64,000 bases of DNA. It comes from Escherichia coli (GTDB lineage: Bacteria > Pseudomonadota > Gammaproteobacteria > Enterobacterales > Enterobacteriaceae). This document shows, piece by piece, positions 11,263 through 22,404 of the stretch. Position numbers and translations under genes: made by a program. Below the pieces are notes generated by a model that saw nothing but the letters and a program-made list of their open reading frames with translations, ran no database searches and was not told the DNA's origin. The stretch lies in the NCBI RefSeq assembly GCF_003334765.1, contig NZ_QOWT01000001.1. One strand, written 5' to 3'. How positions within the stretch are numbered: position 1 is the stretch's first letter; each line of letters opens with the position of its first letter.

Positions 11263-11445
11263 GATAATACTCCTGACAAGGTGACTGGACTTCCAGTAAC
11301 GAACTAATAACAGCGCATAGTGTAAGAGGGAACGCGGCGACTGGCTTAACTATTCACATGAATTAAACTAATCAAAAACCGCGATTTAACTAATATTGCG
11401 ATGATTGTCTCAAGTAGTGTTTTGTAGATGTAAAGATAAGTATAG

Positions 11446-12024
11446 TCAGGGTTTCACACCAATTTGCAGCGCCAGCTCACGAATTATGCCTGCGGTCATT
11501 CCCCATACAAAATACTGTTCGTACCAGGACAGCCATACCCGATGTGAATCACCACGGCGGTAGATATCTAAAGGGTGATAACGACCCAGATGTAATGCCT
11601 GGGCGAGCGGCATTTCAAACACCGCCGAGACTTCATCTTCACTGGCGCGATACGGCAGATCGGGCGGGATAATGCCGACCACTGGGGTTACCTGGTAGCC
11701 AGTGACGCTATCGACGGGCGGCAGCACGCCGATAACTTCAACGGCGGAAGGCGGTATAGCGACCTCTTCTTCAGCTTCGCGCAGCGCGGCGGCGATAGCT
11801 GATGCGTCCGTGTCATCGACTGCACCTCCAGGGAATGCCACTTGTCCAGCGTGTTTACGCAGATGAATCGAACGCTGAGTCAGCAACAACCCCGGTTGCG
11901 GTCGACGGACGATGGGGATTAACACAGCAGCCTGACGATGATTTAGGGTTTCCCGGTTAATTTGCGGGCGCAAAAGTTGAAAGCGCGATAAAAAATCATC
12001 AAGCGTCAGGCTACGGTATTCCAC
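11446..12024 (-). CDS. nudL: Nudix CoA pyrophosphohydrolase NudL (YeaB)
   Basis: 192-aa ORF with Nudix box [25 protein letters not shown]. Confidence 0.88.
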
Positions 12025-12027
12025 GTC

Positions 12028-13389
12028 TTACTTCTCCAGTTGCTTCAGGATACGATTAACTTTATCAAAAGTTTCCTGATATTCCGCTTCTTCCTGGCTA
12101 TCGGCGACAATTCCACCGCCCGCAGAGCAGAAAATTTGTCCGTTAATGGCAGTCAGCGTGCGGATAGTAATACTGGTATCCATGTTGCCGCAAAAGCTCA
12201 AATAGCCAATGCTGCCGCACCAGGCATTGCGTCGCTGCGGTTCCAGTTCGTCGATAATTTCCATAGCCCGTACTTTCGGAGCCCCGGTTATTGAGCCACC
12301 AGGAAAAGCTGCGCGCAGCAGATCGCTGGCGTGTAACTGTTCTGGTAGTTGCGCCGTTATGGTGCTGACCAGATGATGCACGGCAGGGAAGGGTTCCACC
12401 ACGAACAGCTCTGGTACTTTTACCGAACCTGCTACGGCAACACGACCGATATCATTACGCATTAAATCGACAATCATCAGATTTTCGGCACGATCTTTCG
12501 CTGAGTTCGCCAGTTTTACTGCTTGTTTGCTATCTTCCTGAGGATCGGGCAGGCGTGGTAGCGTGCCTTTAATCGGGCGGGTCTGGATTTCACTATTATC
12601 ACAAAGAATAAACCGCTCTGGCGAAAGGCTTAAAATTGCACCCTGTTCAAGACGTAAAAAAGCGCTAAATGGCGCGCGGTTGGCCTGATTAAGCTGAAGG
12701 AATGCCTGCCATTCATCGCCAGAATAGGTCGCATGAAAACGTTGGGCGAGATTCACCTGATAGCAATCACCGCTGTGCAGATATTCCTGTACCTGGCGAA
12801 ATTTTTCGCCGTACTGCTCGCGGGTCATATTGGATTGCCAGTCGGAAGTGAGCGTGAAATCTTCCTGCGGCGAGAATTGCTGGCTTTCCAGCCAGGCCCG
12901 ACGGGCATTGACATCATTATGACTCAGCAAAGAAACTGTATGACGCTGGTGGTCGACAATGAGCGCCCAATCGTAGATACCCACTGCCATATCCGGCAGA
13001 ACGATATCTTGTTCCGCAATTTCTGGCAGTGACTCAAAACGGCGGCCCAGATCGTAGCCAAACAACCCCAGTGCGCCGCCCTGAAATGGCAAATCTTCGT
13101 TATGCGTTGGGCGAATGTCTGCGCGATCCAGCACCTGCTGGAGCACCTGTAGCGGGTCATCAGTGGTCGTTGTGCGTTTTTCGCTTTCACTAACAACGGT
13201 TTCTTTACCGAAAGTGGTTAAAGTGCAAATCGGCTCGGCGACCACAATATCAAAGCGGCTATACGGATGATCGGCATAGCCGGAGTGTAAAAGCATCGCC
13301 CACGGCAGGTGGCTTAAGCGGGAGAAATAAAATTCAGCGGCGTCCTGACGCCAGGGTAAAGTAATCACAGCGGGAGATAACGTCTTCAT
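12028..13389 (-). CDS. pabB: Aminodeoxychorismate synthase component 1 PabB
   Basis: 453-aa ORF of the chorismate-binding enzyme family (PIKGT motif); recognised as PabB. Confidence 0.92.
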   Translation of the reverse strand: MKTLSPAVITLPWRQDAAEFYFSRLSHLPWAMLLHSGYADHPYSRFDIVVAEPICTLTTFGKETVVSESEKRTTTTDDPLQVLQQVLDRADIRPTHNEDLPFQGGALGLFGYDLGRRFESLPEIAEQDIVLPDMAVGIYDWALIVDHQRHTVSLLSHNDVNARRAWLESQQFSPQEDFTLTSDWQSNMTREQYGEKFRQVQEYLHSGDCYQVNLAQRFHATYSGDEWQAFLQLNQANRAPFSAFLRLEQGAILSLSPERFILCDNSEIQTRPIKGTLPRLPDPQEDSKQAVKLANSAKDRAENLMIVDLMRNDIGRVAVAGSVKVPELFVVEPFPAVHHLVSTITAQLPEQLHASDLLRAAFPGGSITGAPKVRAMEIIDELEPQRRNAWCGSIGYLSFCGNMDTSITIRTLTAINGQIFCSAGGGIVADSQEEAEYQETFDKVNRILKQLEK

Positions 13390-13462
13390 CAGTCCTGACT
13401 CTACTGGCTATGTGCCGGGTAGCATGAAATAATTAGCGCCAACAATTTAGCAGGAGTTAACA

Positions 13463-13642
13463 ATGTTTGCAGGTTTACCTTCACTCACCCATGAACAGCA
13501 GCAAAAAGCTGTCGAGCGGATCCAGGAACTGATGGCACAAGGGATGAGCAGCGGCCAGGCAATCGCGCTGGTGGCAGAAGAGCTGCGTGCCAACCACTCC
13601 GGCGAGCGAATCGTGGCGCGTTTTGAGGATGAAGACGAGTAA
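13463..13642 (+). CDS. yoaH: Small protein YoaH (UPF0181, 59 aa)
   Basis: ATG 13463 to TAA 13640-13642 translates to [59 protein letters not shown]; not in track on this strand (the track lists an antisense ORF instead). Confidence 0.8.
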
Positions 13643-13700
13643 CACACTAATCCGTATCGATTTCGTTATAGAAGCCGATGATCATTTGATTGTGAGAAAA

Positions 13701-13733
13701 AGGACGCTTTTTATATGTGATTAAAAGCGTCCT
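13701..13733. terminator. Inverted repeat between convergent yoaH and yoaC, likely bidirectional terminator
   Basis: 10-bp arms aggacgcttt / aaagcgtcct around a 13-nt T-rich loop. Confidence 0.45.
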
Positions 13734-13761
13734 GACCCATTTATGCTGATATAAATTTAAC

Positions 13762-14061
13762 TCAGACCAGTGCTTTTAGTTCTTCCTGCATATATGTTGA
13801 AAAGTATTCAGGATTTTTAATCACAGAACGTTCACCTGTCTCCATTTTTTTTGCCCATCCAACCATTTTTTCCGTGAACCCAGGGTTCCAGCCTTCCTGG
13901 TCAGCTCGCGCCGTAATATCAGCGGCACTCGCGGGTACTCCCAGTTCTTTTAAATATTTAAAGATTCCCTTCGCCGTGCTTTCATTCATCGAACTTGGTG
14001 TTGGCGCTGATACATCCATGGCACCAATGAAATCCAGGGCTTTATCTATTACAGCAGGCAT
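13762..14061 (-). CDS. yoaC: DUF1889 protein YoaC
   Basis: Track ORF 13762-14121 (119 aa); start set at internal Met (MPAVIDKALDFIG, 99 aa) per remembered K-12 length; start uncertain. Confidence 0.75.
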   Translation of the reverse strand: MPAVIDKALDFIGAMDVSAPTPSSMNESTAKGIFKYLKELGVPASAADITARADQEGWNPGFTEKMVGWAKKMETGERSVIKNPEYFSTYMQEELKALV

Positions 14062-14482
14062 ATTCTTATCCTTAAAATTAACCATGTTATCGATAAGGCT
14101 ATATATGACCTTAATTTGCATCTAATATCAAAGGGATTATAACGATATGGCACGAGTTAACCTGTTGACATTCAGGTGTTTTAAAGGTAGCAGCTCATGG
14201 TGTGTTATCCAGTAAGATGGAGAAATTTAACGGTCAGTCCGCACGCTATAACCAGATTGTTCAGCTAAGAAAGAAAACCAGAGTTGCTAATCAAAGGGCG
14301 AACACAACGGCATGTTTATGTTTATTTATATAGTTAGTTTTATAGATAAAATTGAAATTATAAATATAAATAATGAATTAGCAGAAGCATCAACAGTAAT
14401 ATCTTATTCTCTGGTCGATTTATGTAAAACCGACCAGTATTATCGATAAATTATCGTCTGACTTATTTTGCTTCGATAAAGC

Positions 14483-14827
14483 TTACACCGCAGCCACAAT
14501 CTTAATTTCAACTTTATACTTCGGGTTCATCAAACCCGCTTGTACCGTGCAGCGCACCGGCGCATGACCCGCGACAACCCAGGCATCCCACGCTTTATTC
14601 ATCGCCGCGAAGTCGTTTTTATCGGCCAGGAAAATGGTGGCATCCAGAATGCTCGATTTATTGCTGCCCTGTTTTTCCAGCACGGCGTCAATCTGTGCCA
14701 GCGTGTTGGCGGTTTGCTCAAAGGCATCGGCGTCGAGGTTTTCCGGTACACCAGTGTAGTAGAGCGTGTTGTTGTGGATTACTACATCAGACCAGCGGGC
14801 TTCAGCATCGATACGAACGATAGTCAT
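14483..14827 (-). CDS. yoaB: RidA/YjgF-family protein YoaB
   Basis: Track ORF 14483-14875; start set at MTIVRIDAEARW (114 aa) per remembered K-12 length. Confidence 0.8.
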   Translation of the reverse strand: MTIVRIDAEARWSDVVIHNNTLYYTGVPENLDADAFEQTANTLAQIDAVLEKQGSNKSSILDATIFLADKNDFAAMNKAWDAWVVAGHAPVRCTVQAGLMNPKYKVEIKIVAAV

Positions 14828-14958
14828 CATTTTGTCCTCATTATACTTCCATTTTCGTGCTGCAAAGACTGCCACAATGTGAGGTCGCCGTCACCACTTC
14901 AACTGGCGAAAGCGCCCTCATCCTGACATAATCCCTGTTCAAATCAACAGGGGGTAGT

Positions 14959-16869
14959 GTGACGGACGATTTTGCACCAGACGGTCAGCTGGCGAAAGCG
15001 ATACCAGGCTTTAAGCCGCGAGAACCACAGCGACAGATGGCGGTAGCCGTCACCCAGGCGATAGAAAAAGGCCAGCCGCTGGTGGTGGAAGCAGGAACCG
15101 GTACGGGCAAAACCTACGCTTACCTGGCTCCTGCGCTGCGGGCGAAAAAGAAAGTCATTATCTCGACCGGCTCAAAAGCGTTGCAGGATCAGCTCTACAG
15201 CCGCGATTTGCCAACAGTCTCAAAGGCATTGAAATATACGGGCAACGTGGCGCTGCTGAAAGGGCGCTCAAACTACCTCTGCCTCGAACGTCTCGAACAG
15301 CAGGCGCTGGCGGGGGGCGATCTGCCGGTACAAATCTTAAGCGATGTGATCCTGCTGCGCTCCTGGTCTAATCAAACAGTCGATGGTGATATCAGCACCT
15401 GCGTCAGCGTGGCGGAAGATTCACAGGCGTGGCCGCTGGTCACCAGCACCAACGACAACTGTCTTGGCAGCGACTGCCCGATGTATAAAGATTGCTTTGT
15501 GGTCAAAGCACGTAAAAAAGCGATGGACGCCGATGTGGTGGTGGTAAACCATCATCTCTTTCTGGCGGATATGGTGGTTAAAGAGAGTGGATTTGGCGAA
15601 CTGATCCCGGAAGCGGACGTCATGATCTTCGACGAAGCCCACCAGCTACCGGACATTGCCAGCCAGTATTTTGGTCAGTCACTCTCCAGTCGACAACTGC
15701 TCGACCTGGCAAAAGACATCACCATCGCCTACCGCACCGAATTAAAAGACACCCAGCAGTTACAAAAGTGCGCTGATCGTCTTGCCCAGAGTGCGCAGGA
15801 TTTTCGTCTGCAACTCGGTGAGCCAGGTTATCGCGGTAACCTGCGTGAGCTGTTAGCTAATCCGCAAATTCAGCGGGCATTTTTACTGCTCGATGACACC
15901 CTGGAACTTTGTTATGACGTGGCGAAACTGTCACTGGGGCGTTCCGCCTTGCTGGATGCGGCATTTGAGCGCGCCACGTTGTATCGCACACGGCTGAAGC
16001 GGCTAAAAGAGATCAATCAGCCGGGCTACAGCTACTGGTACGAATGCACTTCGCGCCATTTTACTCTGGCTCTCACGCCGCTCAGCGTGGCGGATAAATT
16101 CAAAGAGTTAATGGCGCAAAAACCCGGTAGCTGGATCTTCACCTCAGCAACGCTGTCGGTGAACGACGATCTGCATCATTTCACCTCGCGGCTTGGCATC
16201 GAACAGGCCGAGTCGTTGCTGTTGCCCAGCCCATTTGATTACAGCCGCCAGGCGTTACTCTGTGTGCCGCGCAATCTGCCGCAAACCAACCAGCCAGGTT
16301 CTGCTCGCCAGTTAGCGGCAATGCTGCGACCGATCATCGAAGCTAACAACGGTCGTTGTTTTATGCTTTGTACCTCGCACGCCATGATGCGCGATCTGGC
16401 CGAGCAGTTCCGCGCTACCATGACGCTTCCTGTATTGTTGCAGGGGGAAACCAGCAAAGGGCAACTGTTGCAGCAATTTGTCAGCGCCGGTAATGCGCTT
16501 CTTGTGGCAACCAGCAGTTTCTGGGAAGGGGTGGACGTGCGTGGCGATACATTGTCATTGGTAATTATCGACAAATTGCCGTTTACCTCGCCGGATGATC
16601 CACTGTTAAAAGCGCGCATGGAAGATTGTCGTTTGCGCGGTGGCGACCCGTTCGATGAAGTGCAACTACCAGATGCCGTCATTACTCTCAAACAGGGGGT
16701 AGGGCGACTGATTCGCGACGCCGACGATCGTGGCGTGCTGGTGATTTGTGACAATCGGCTGGTGATGCGTCCTTACGGCGCGACGTTTCTCGCCAGTCTG
16801 CCGCCCGCGCCACGCACCCGTGACATTGCCCGTGCGGTTCGTTTCCTTGCGATACCATCCTCCAGGTAA
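14959..16869 (+). CDS. yoaA: DinG-family ATP-dependent helicase YoaA
   Basis: 636-aa ORF; Walker A AGTGTGKT, DEAH box FDEAHQL; GTG start codon at 14959. Confidence 0.92.
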   Translation: MTDDFAPDGQLAKAIPGFKPREPQRQMAVAVTQAIEKGQPLVVEAGTGTGKTYAYLAPALRAKKKVIISTGSKALQDQLYSRDLPTVSKALKYTGNVALLKGRSNYLCLERLEQQALAGGDLPVQILSDVILLRSWSNQTVDGDISTCVSVAEDSQAWPLVTSTNDNCLGSDCPMYKDCFVVKARKKAMDADVVVVNHHLFLADMVVKESGFGELIPEADVMIFDEAHQLPDIASQYFGQSLSSRQLLDLAKDITIAYRTELKDTQQLQKCADRLAQSAQDFRLQLGEPGYRGNLRELLANPQIQRAFLLLDDTLELCYDVAKLSLGRSALLDAAFERATLYRTRLKRLKEINQPGYSYWYECTSRHFTLALTPLSVADKFKELMAQKPGSWIFTSATLSVNDDLHHFTSRLGIEQAESLLLPSPFDYSRQALLCVPRNLPQTNQPGSARQLAAMLRPIIEANNGRCFMLCTSHAMMRDLAEQFRATMTLPVLLQGETSKGQLLQQFVSAGNALLVATSSFWEGVDVRGDTLSLVIIDKLPFTSPDDPLLKARMEDCRLRGGDPFDEVQLPDAVITLKQGVGRLIRDADDRGVLVICDNRLVMRPYGATFLASLPPAPRTRDIARAVRFLAIPSSR

Positions 16870-16926
16870 TTTGTTACGGAGTATGGTATGATGCGCGCCT
16901 TTTTATTGATCTAAGCACGAAGACCC

Positions 16927-17622
16927 ATGCGAATTCTGGCTATCGATACCGCGACAGAGGCCTGCTCTGTCGCCCTGTGGAACGACGGTACTGTCAACGC
17001 TCATTTTGAGCTTTGCCCTCGTGAACATACTCAACGAATCTTACCGATGGTGCAGGATATCCTGACCACCAGCGGAACTTCCCTGACTGATATTAACGCT
17101 CTGGCTTACGGGCGCGGCCCCGGTAGCTTTACTGGCGTGCGCATTGGTATTGGCATCGCGCAAGGGCTGGCGCTTGGCGCGGAATTACCGATGATTGGCG
17201 TCTCCACGCTAATGACGATGGCGCAAGGGGCGTGGCGCAAAAACGGCGCAACCCGCGTGCTGGCAGCCATTGACGCGCGAATGGGCGAAGTTTACTGGGC
17301 CGAATATCAGCGTGATGAAAACGGTATCTGGCACGGTGAAGAAACCGAAGCCGTACTCAAACCCGAAATCGTCCATGAACGAATGCAACAGCTTTCCGGC
17401 GAATGGGTGACGGTAGGGACGGGCTGGCAAGCTTGGCCGGATCTCGGTAAAGAGAGCGGGCTGATTTTGCGCGATGGCGAAGTGTTACTGCCTGCTGCTG
17501 AAGATATGCTGCCGATTGCGTGTCAGATGTTTGCTGAGGGTAAAACGGTGGCGGTGGAACATGCCGAACCGGTTTATTTACGTAACAACGTCGCATGGAA
17601 GAAACTTCCGGGCAAAGAATGA
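16927..17622 (+). CDS. tsaB: tRNA t6A37 biosynthesis protein TsaB (YeaZ)
   Basis: 231-aa ORF with N-terminal LAIDTATE motif; recognised as TsaB. Confidence 0.92.
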   Translation: MRILAIDTATEACSVALWNDGTVNAHFELCPREHTQRILPMVQDILTTSGTSLTDINALAYGRGPGSFTGVRIGIGIAQGLALGAELPMIGVSTLMTMAQGAWRKNGATRVLAAIDARMGEVYWAEYQRDENGIWHGEETEAVLKPEIVHERMQQLSGEWVTVGTGWQAWPDLGKESGLILRDGEVLLPAAEDMLPIACQMFAEGKTVAVEHAEPVYLRNNVAWKKLPGKE

Positions 17623-17661
17623 ATCTTAAGAGTATGCCCTGAGAAAAAAAGGAGTCGCACC

Positions 17662-18243
17662 ATGGCGGTTCAAAAGAATGTTATCAAAGGCATACTGGCA
17701 GGTACGTTTGCGCTAATGCTGAGCGGTTGTGTCACTGTGCCGGACGCCATTAAAGGCAGCAGTCCCACGCCGCAACAAGATTTAGTTCGGGTGATGAGTG
17801 CGCCGCAGCTGTACGTTGGTCAGGAGGCACGCTTTGGTGGCAAAGTGGTTGCGGTACAAAACCAGCAAGGGAAAACTCGCCTGGAAATTGCTACCGTACC
17901 GCTGGACAGCGGAGCCAGACCGACGCTGGGAGAACTTTCTCGCGGTCGCATTTATGCCGATGTGAACGGTTTTCTGGACCCGGTGGATTTCCGTGGACAA
18001 CTGGTTACGGTAGTCGGGCCAATCACTGGTGCGGTTGACGGCAAAATCGGCAATACGCCCTATAAATTTATGGTGATGCAAGTAACGGGTTACAAACGTT
18101 GGCATTTAACCCAGCAGGTGATTATGCCGCCTCAGCCGATTGATCCATGGTTTTATGGCGGTCGTGGCTGGCCCTATGGCTACGGCGGATGGGGCTGGTA
18201 TAATCCCGGCCCCGCGAGAGTACAAACAGTTGTAACTGAATAA
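17662..18243 (+). CDS. yeaY: Slp-family outer membrane lipoprotein YeaY
   Basis: 193-aa ORF with lipoprotein signal peptide and lipobox LSGC. Confidence 0.88.
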   Translation: MAVQKNVIKGILAGTFALMLSGCVTVPDAIKGSSPTPQQDLVRVMSAPQLYVGQEARFGGKVVAVQNQQGKTRLEIATVPLDSGARPTLGELSRGRIYADVNGFLDPVDFRGQLVTVVGPITGAVDGKIGNTPYKFMVMQVTGYKRWHLTQQVIMPPQPIDPWFYGGRGWPYGYGGWGWYNPGPARVQTVVTE

Positions 18244-18264
18244 TTGCTTGTTTTTAAAGAAAAA

Positions 18265-18289
18265 GAAACAGCGGCTGGTCCGCTGTTTC
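18265..18289 (+). terminator. Hairpin downstream of yeaY, possible terminator
   Basis: Stem gaaacagcgg / ccgctgtttc with loop ctggt; weak T-tract. Confidence 0.45.
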
Positions 18290-18447
18290 TGCATTCTTAC
18301 GGTAAAGATAAAAATAAATAGTGACGCGCTTCGCAACCTTTTCGTTGGGTAATTATCAAGCTGGTATGATGAGTTAATATTATGTTAACGGCATGTGTAT
18401 CATTTGGGGTTGCGATGACGACGAACACGCATTTTAGAGGTGAAGAA

Positions 18448-20133
18448 TTGAAGAAGGTTTGGCTTAACCGTTATCCCGCGGACGTTCCGACGGAGATCAA
18501 CCCTGACCGTTATCAATCTCTGGTAGATATGTTTGAGCAGTCGGTCGCGCGCTACGCCGATCAACCTGCGTTTGTGAATATGGGGGAGGTAATGACCTTC
18601 CGCAAGCTGGAAGAACGCAGTCGCGCGTTTGCCGCTTATTTGCAACAAGGGTTGGGGCTGAAGAAAGGCGATCGCGTTGCGTTGATGATGCCTAATTTAT
18701 TGCAATATCCGGTGGCGCTGTTTGGCATTTTGCGTGCCGGGATGATCGTCGTAAACGTTAACCCGTTGTATACCCCGCGTGAGCTTGAGCATCAGCTTAA
18801 CGATAGCGGCGCATCGGCGATTGTTATCGTGTCTAACTTTGCTCACACACTGGAAAAAGTGGTTGATAAAACCGCCGTTCAGCACGTAATTCTGACCCGT
18901 ATGGGCGATCAGCTATCTACGGCAAAAGGCACGGTAGTCAATTTCGTTGTTAAATACATCAAGCGTTTGGTGCCGAAATACCATCTGCCAGATGCCATTT
19001 CATTTCGTAGCGCACTGCATAACGGCTACCGGATGCAGTACGTCAAACCCGAACTGGTGCCGGAAGATTTAGCTTTTCTGCAATACACCGGCGGCACCAC
19101 TGGTGTGGCGAAAGGCGCGATGCTGACTCACCGCAATATGCTGGCGAACCTGGAACAGGTTAACGCGACCTATGGTCCGCTGTTGCATCCGGGCAAAGAG
19201 CTGGTGGTGACGGCGCTGCCGCTGTATCACATTTTTGCCCTGACCATTAACTGCCTGCTGTTTATCGAACTGGGTGGGCAGAACCTGCTTATCACTAACC
19301 CGCGCGATATTCCAGGGTTGGTAAAAGAGTTAGCGAAATATCCGTTTACCGCTATCACGGGCGTTAACACCTTGTTCAATGCGTTGCTGAACAATAAAGA
19401 GTTCCAGCAGCTGGATTTCTCCAGTCTGCATCTTTCCGCAGGCGGTGGGATGCCAGTGCAGCAAGTGGTGGCAGAGCGTTGGGTGAAACTGACCGGACAG
19501 TATCTGCTGGAAGGCTATGGCCTTACCGAGTGTGCGCCGCTGGTCAGCGTTAACCCATATGATATTGATTATCATAGTGGTAGCATCGGTTTGCCGGTGC
19601 CGTCGACGGAAGCCAAACTGGTGGATGATGATGATAATGAAGTACCACCAGGTCAACCGGGTGAGCTTTGTGTCAAAGGACCGCAGGTGATGCTGGGTTA
19701 CTGGCAGCGTCCCGATGCTACCGATGAAATCATCAAAAATGGCTGGTTACACACCGGCGACATCGCGGTAATGGATGAAGAAGGATTCCTGCGCATTGTC
19801 GATCGTAAAAAAGACATGATTCTGGTTTCCGGTTTTAACGTCTATCCCAACGAGATTGAAGATGTCGTCATGCAGCATCCTGGCGTACAGGAAGTCGCGG
19901 CTGTTGGCGTACCTTCCGGCTCCAGTGGTGAAGCGGTGAAAATCTTCGTAGTGAAAAAAGATCCATCGCTTACCGAAGAGTCACTGGTGACTTTTTGCCG
20001 CCGTCAGCTCACGGGATACAAAGTACCGAAGCTGGTGGAGTTTCGTGATGAGTTACCGAAATCTAACGTCGGAAAAATTTTGCGACGAGAATTACGTGAC
20101 GAAGCGCGCGGCAAAGTGGACAATAAAGCCTGA
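18448..20133 (+). CDS. fadD: Long-chain fatty acid-CoA ligase FadD
   Basis: Track ORF 18382-20133; start set at TTG 18448 (..KKVWLNRYP.., 561 aa) per remembered K-12 annotation; AMP-binding motif [12 protein letters not shown]. Confidence 0.9.
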
Positions 20134-20149
20134 GCGTTAAGTCAGTCGT

Positions 20150-20178
20150 CAGACGCCGGTTAATCCGGCGTTTTTTTT
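20150..20178 (+). terminator. Rho-independent terminator of fadD
   Basis: Stem cgccgg / ccggcg with loop ttaa, followed by an 8-T run. Confidence 0.75.
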
Positions 20179-20202
20179 GACGCCCACTAAAGAGAAAACA
20201 AT

Positions 20203-21330
20203 TTGAATTACCAAATGATTACCACGGACGATGCGCTGGCTTCTTTGTGTGAAGCCGTCCGTGCCTTTCCGGCGATAGCCCTGGATACTGAATTTGTTCG
20301 TACGCGCACTTATTACCCGCAGCTGGGGTTGATTCAACTTTTCGATGGCGAGCATCTGGCGCTAATCGATCCACTCGGGATCACCGACTGGTCACCGCTG
20401 AAAGCGATCCTGCGCGATCCGTCCATCACAAAATTTCTCCATGCAGGCAGTGAAGATCTGGAAGTGTTCCTCAATGTCTTTGGCGAATTACCACAACCCT
20501 TGATTGACACGCAAATCCTTGCTGCCTTCTGCGGACGCCCGATGTCATGGGGTTTCGCTTCCATGGTGGAAGAGTATTCCGGCGTTACGCTGGACAAGAG
20601 TGAATCGCGCACCGACTGGCTGGCCAGACCGCTGACCGAACGTCAGTGTGAATACGCAGCGGCGGATGTCTGGTATCTGTTACCGATCACCGCCAAGCTT
20701 ATGGTAGAAACGGAGGCCTCCGGCTGGCTACCTGCGGCGCTGGATGAATGCCGCCTGATGCAAATGCGTCGTCAGGAAGTCGTTGCGCCGGAAGATGCCT
20801 GGCGTGATATCACCAATGCCTGGCAATTACGCACACGCCAACTGGCCTGTCTGCAACTGTTAGCCGACTGGCGACTGCGCAAGGCGCGAGAGCGCGATCT
20901 GGCGGTGAACTTTGTCGTGCGTGAAGAGCATTTGTGGTCGGTAGCGCGTTATATGCCGGGAAGTTTAGGCGAACTGGACAGCCTGGGTTTATCCGGTAGC
21001 GAAATCCGCTTTCACGGTAAAACGCTGCTAGCGCTGGTGGAAAAAGCGCAGACATTGCCGGAAGATGCCTTACCGCAGCCGATGCTTAACCTGATGGACA
21101 TGCCGGGTTATCGTAAAGCGTTTAAAGCGATTAAGTCGCTGATTACTGACGTGAGCGAAACGCATAAGATCAGCGCCGAATTGCTGGCATCGCGTCGGCA
21201 AATCAACCAACTGCTGAACTGGCACTGGAAACTGAAACCGCAGAACAATTTGCCGGAGCTGATTTCCGGCTGGCGTGGTGAGCTGATGGCGGAAGCATTA
21301 CACAATTTATTGCAGGAATATCCGCAGTAA
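20203..21330 (+). CDS. rnd: Ribonuclease D
   Basis: 375-aa ORF; DEDDy exonuclease motif ALDTEF; first codon is TTG, consistent with the known UUG start of rnd. Confidence 0.92.
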   Translation: MNYQMITTDDALASLCEAVRAFPAIALDTEFVRTRTYYPQLGLIQLFDGEHLALIDPLGITDWSPLKAILRDPSITKFLHAGSEDLEVFLNVFGELPQPLIDTQILAAFCGRPMSWGFASMVEEYSGVTLDKSESRTDWLARPLTERQCEYAAADVWYLLPITAKLMVETEASGWLPAALDECRLMQMRRQEVVAPEDAWRDITNAWQLRTRQLACLQLLADWRLRKARERDLAVNFVVREEHLWSVARYMPGSLGELDSLGLSGSEIRFHGKTLLALVEKAQTLPEDALPQPMLNLMDMPGYRKAFKAIKSLITDVSETHKISAELLASRRQINQLLNWHWKLKPQNNLPELISGWRGELMAEALHNLLQEYPQ

Positions 21331-21336
21331 AATCTT

Positions 21337-21379
21337 CCGAAGCCGGACTGGGCGCGCTCAGCGCCACATCCGGCTTCGG
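21337..21379. terminator. Nested inverted repeat between convergent rnd and yeaX (terminator/REP-like)
   Basis: 11-bp arms ccgaagccgga / tccggcttcgg enclosing an inner palindrome ggcgcgctcagcgcc. Confidence 0.5.
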
Positions 21380-21383
21380 CAAA

Positions 21384-22349
21384 CTACAAATCCAACACCA
21401 GGCGTTTACCCTTCGCACGCGAACAACAGATCAACATACTTTGCTGGCTGGCACGCTCTTCATCGCTAAAATATTGATCCCGATGGTCAGCTTCACCTTC
21501 CAGTATTGCTGTTTCGCAGGTTCCGCATACCCCTTCACGACATAAACATTCCACTTTCGCGGCTTTATTATTTTCAATAACCTGCAAAATAGTCATCTCT
21601 TCCGGCACCACAAACTCTTTTCCGGAACGGGCAAGCACCAGGGTAAATGCATCGCCGGTTTTGTCTTCGATAGCAAATTGCTCAAAGTGCAGCGTATCGG
21701 CGGCGATGTCCAGACGCGCAGCTTCACTTCTTACCGCTTCAATTAGCGCCTCGGGGCCACAGGTATAAACGTGTGTGCCAGGTTCGATATCCGCCAATAA
21801 TCGCGCTAATTCCAGTCGTGTTCCGGTTGATGAATGATGCAAATGGACTTTCTCAGCCTGCGGATGCTGGACTAGCTCATCACGAAATGCGCAACTTTCT
21901 GGATTTCGCGAGCAGTAATGTAGCTGCCAGTCGACGTCGCTGTGTTGCAGCTCTGCCATGTGCGACAGGAAAGGGGTGATACCAATACCGCCCGCGATAA
22001 ACAGATGCTTTCTGGCTGAGGGAATTAGCGCAAACAGGTTATTAGGCGTTGAAATCGTTAACCGATCGCCCACTTTTACCTGCTGATGCAAAAAGCGGGA
22101 ACCGCCGCGCGAGTTTTCCTCCAGCCGAACGGCAATCTGATAACAAGAGGTGTCATGCGGCGAACTCAGTAGTGAATACGCATTGCTGTACTGGTTATCA
22201 CCATCGCTCATCTGCACAATGACGTGACTTCCTCCGGTAAACGCAGGTAATGGTTTGCCATCGGTTGCCACCAGCGTGAAGCGTTTCACCTGTTCGGTAA
22301 GGGGTTCAACCTGGCTCACCTGTACTTCAAACATTTGATAGTCTGACAT
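21384..22349 (-). CDS. yeaX: Carnitine monooxygenase reductase subunit YeaX (FNR-like with plant-type 2Fe-2S ferredoxin domain)
   Basis: 321-aa ORF; C-terminal ferredoxin motif CREGVCGTCET; recognised as YeaX. Confidence 0.9.
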   Translation of the reverse strand: MSDYQMFEVQVSQVEPLTEQVKRFTLVATDGKPLPAFTGGSHVIVQMSDGDNQYSNAYSLLSSPHDTSCYQIAVRLEENSRGGSRFLHQQVKVGDRLTISTPNNLFALIPSARKHLFIAGGIGITPFLSHMAELQHSDVDWQLHYCSRNPESCAFRDELVQHPQAEKVHLHHSSTGTRLELARLLADIEPGTHVYTCGPEALIEAVRSEAARLDIAADTLHFEQFAIEDKTGDAFTLVLARSGKEFVVPEEMTILQVIENNKAAKVECLCREGVCGTCETAILEGEADHRDQYFSDEERASQQSMLICCSRAKGKRLVLDL

Positions 22350-22404
22350 TGCTGTACTCCATCAAAAATCAGCCCAGCGGCGGAAAATACCGCCGCCGAT
22401 GTCA

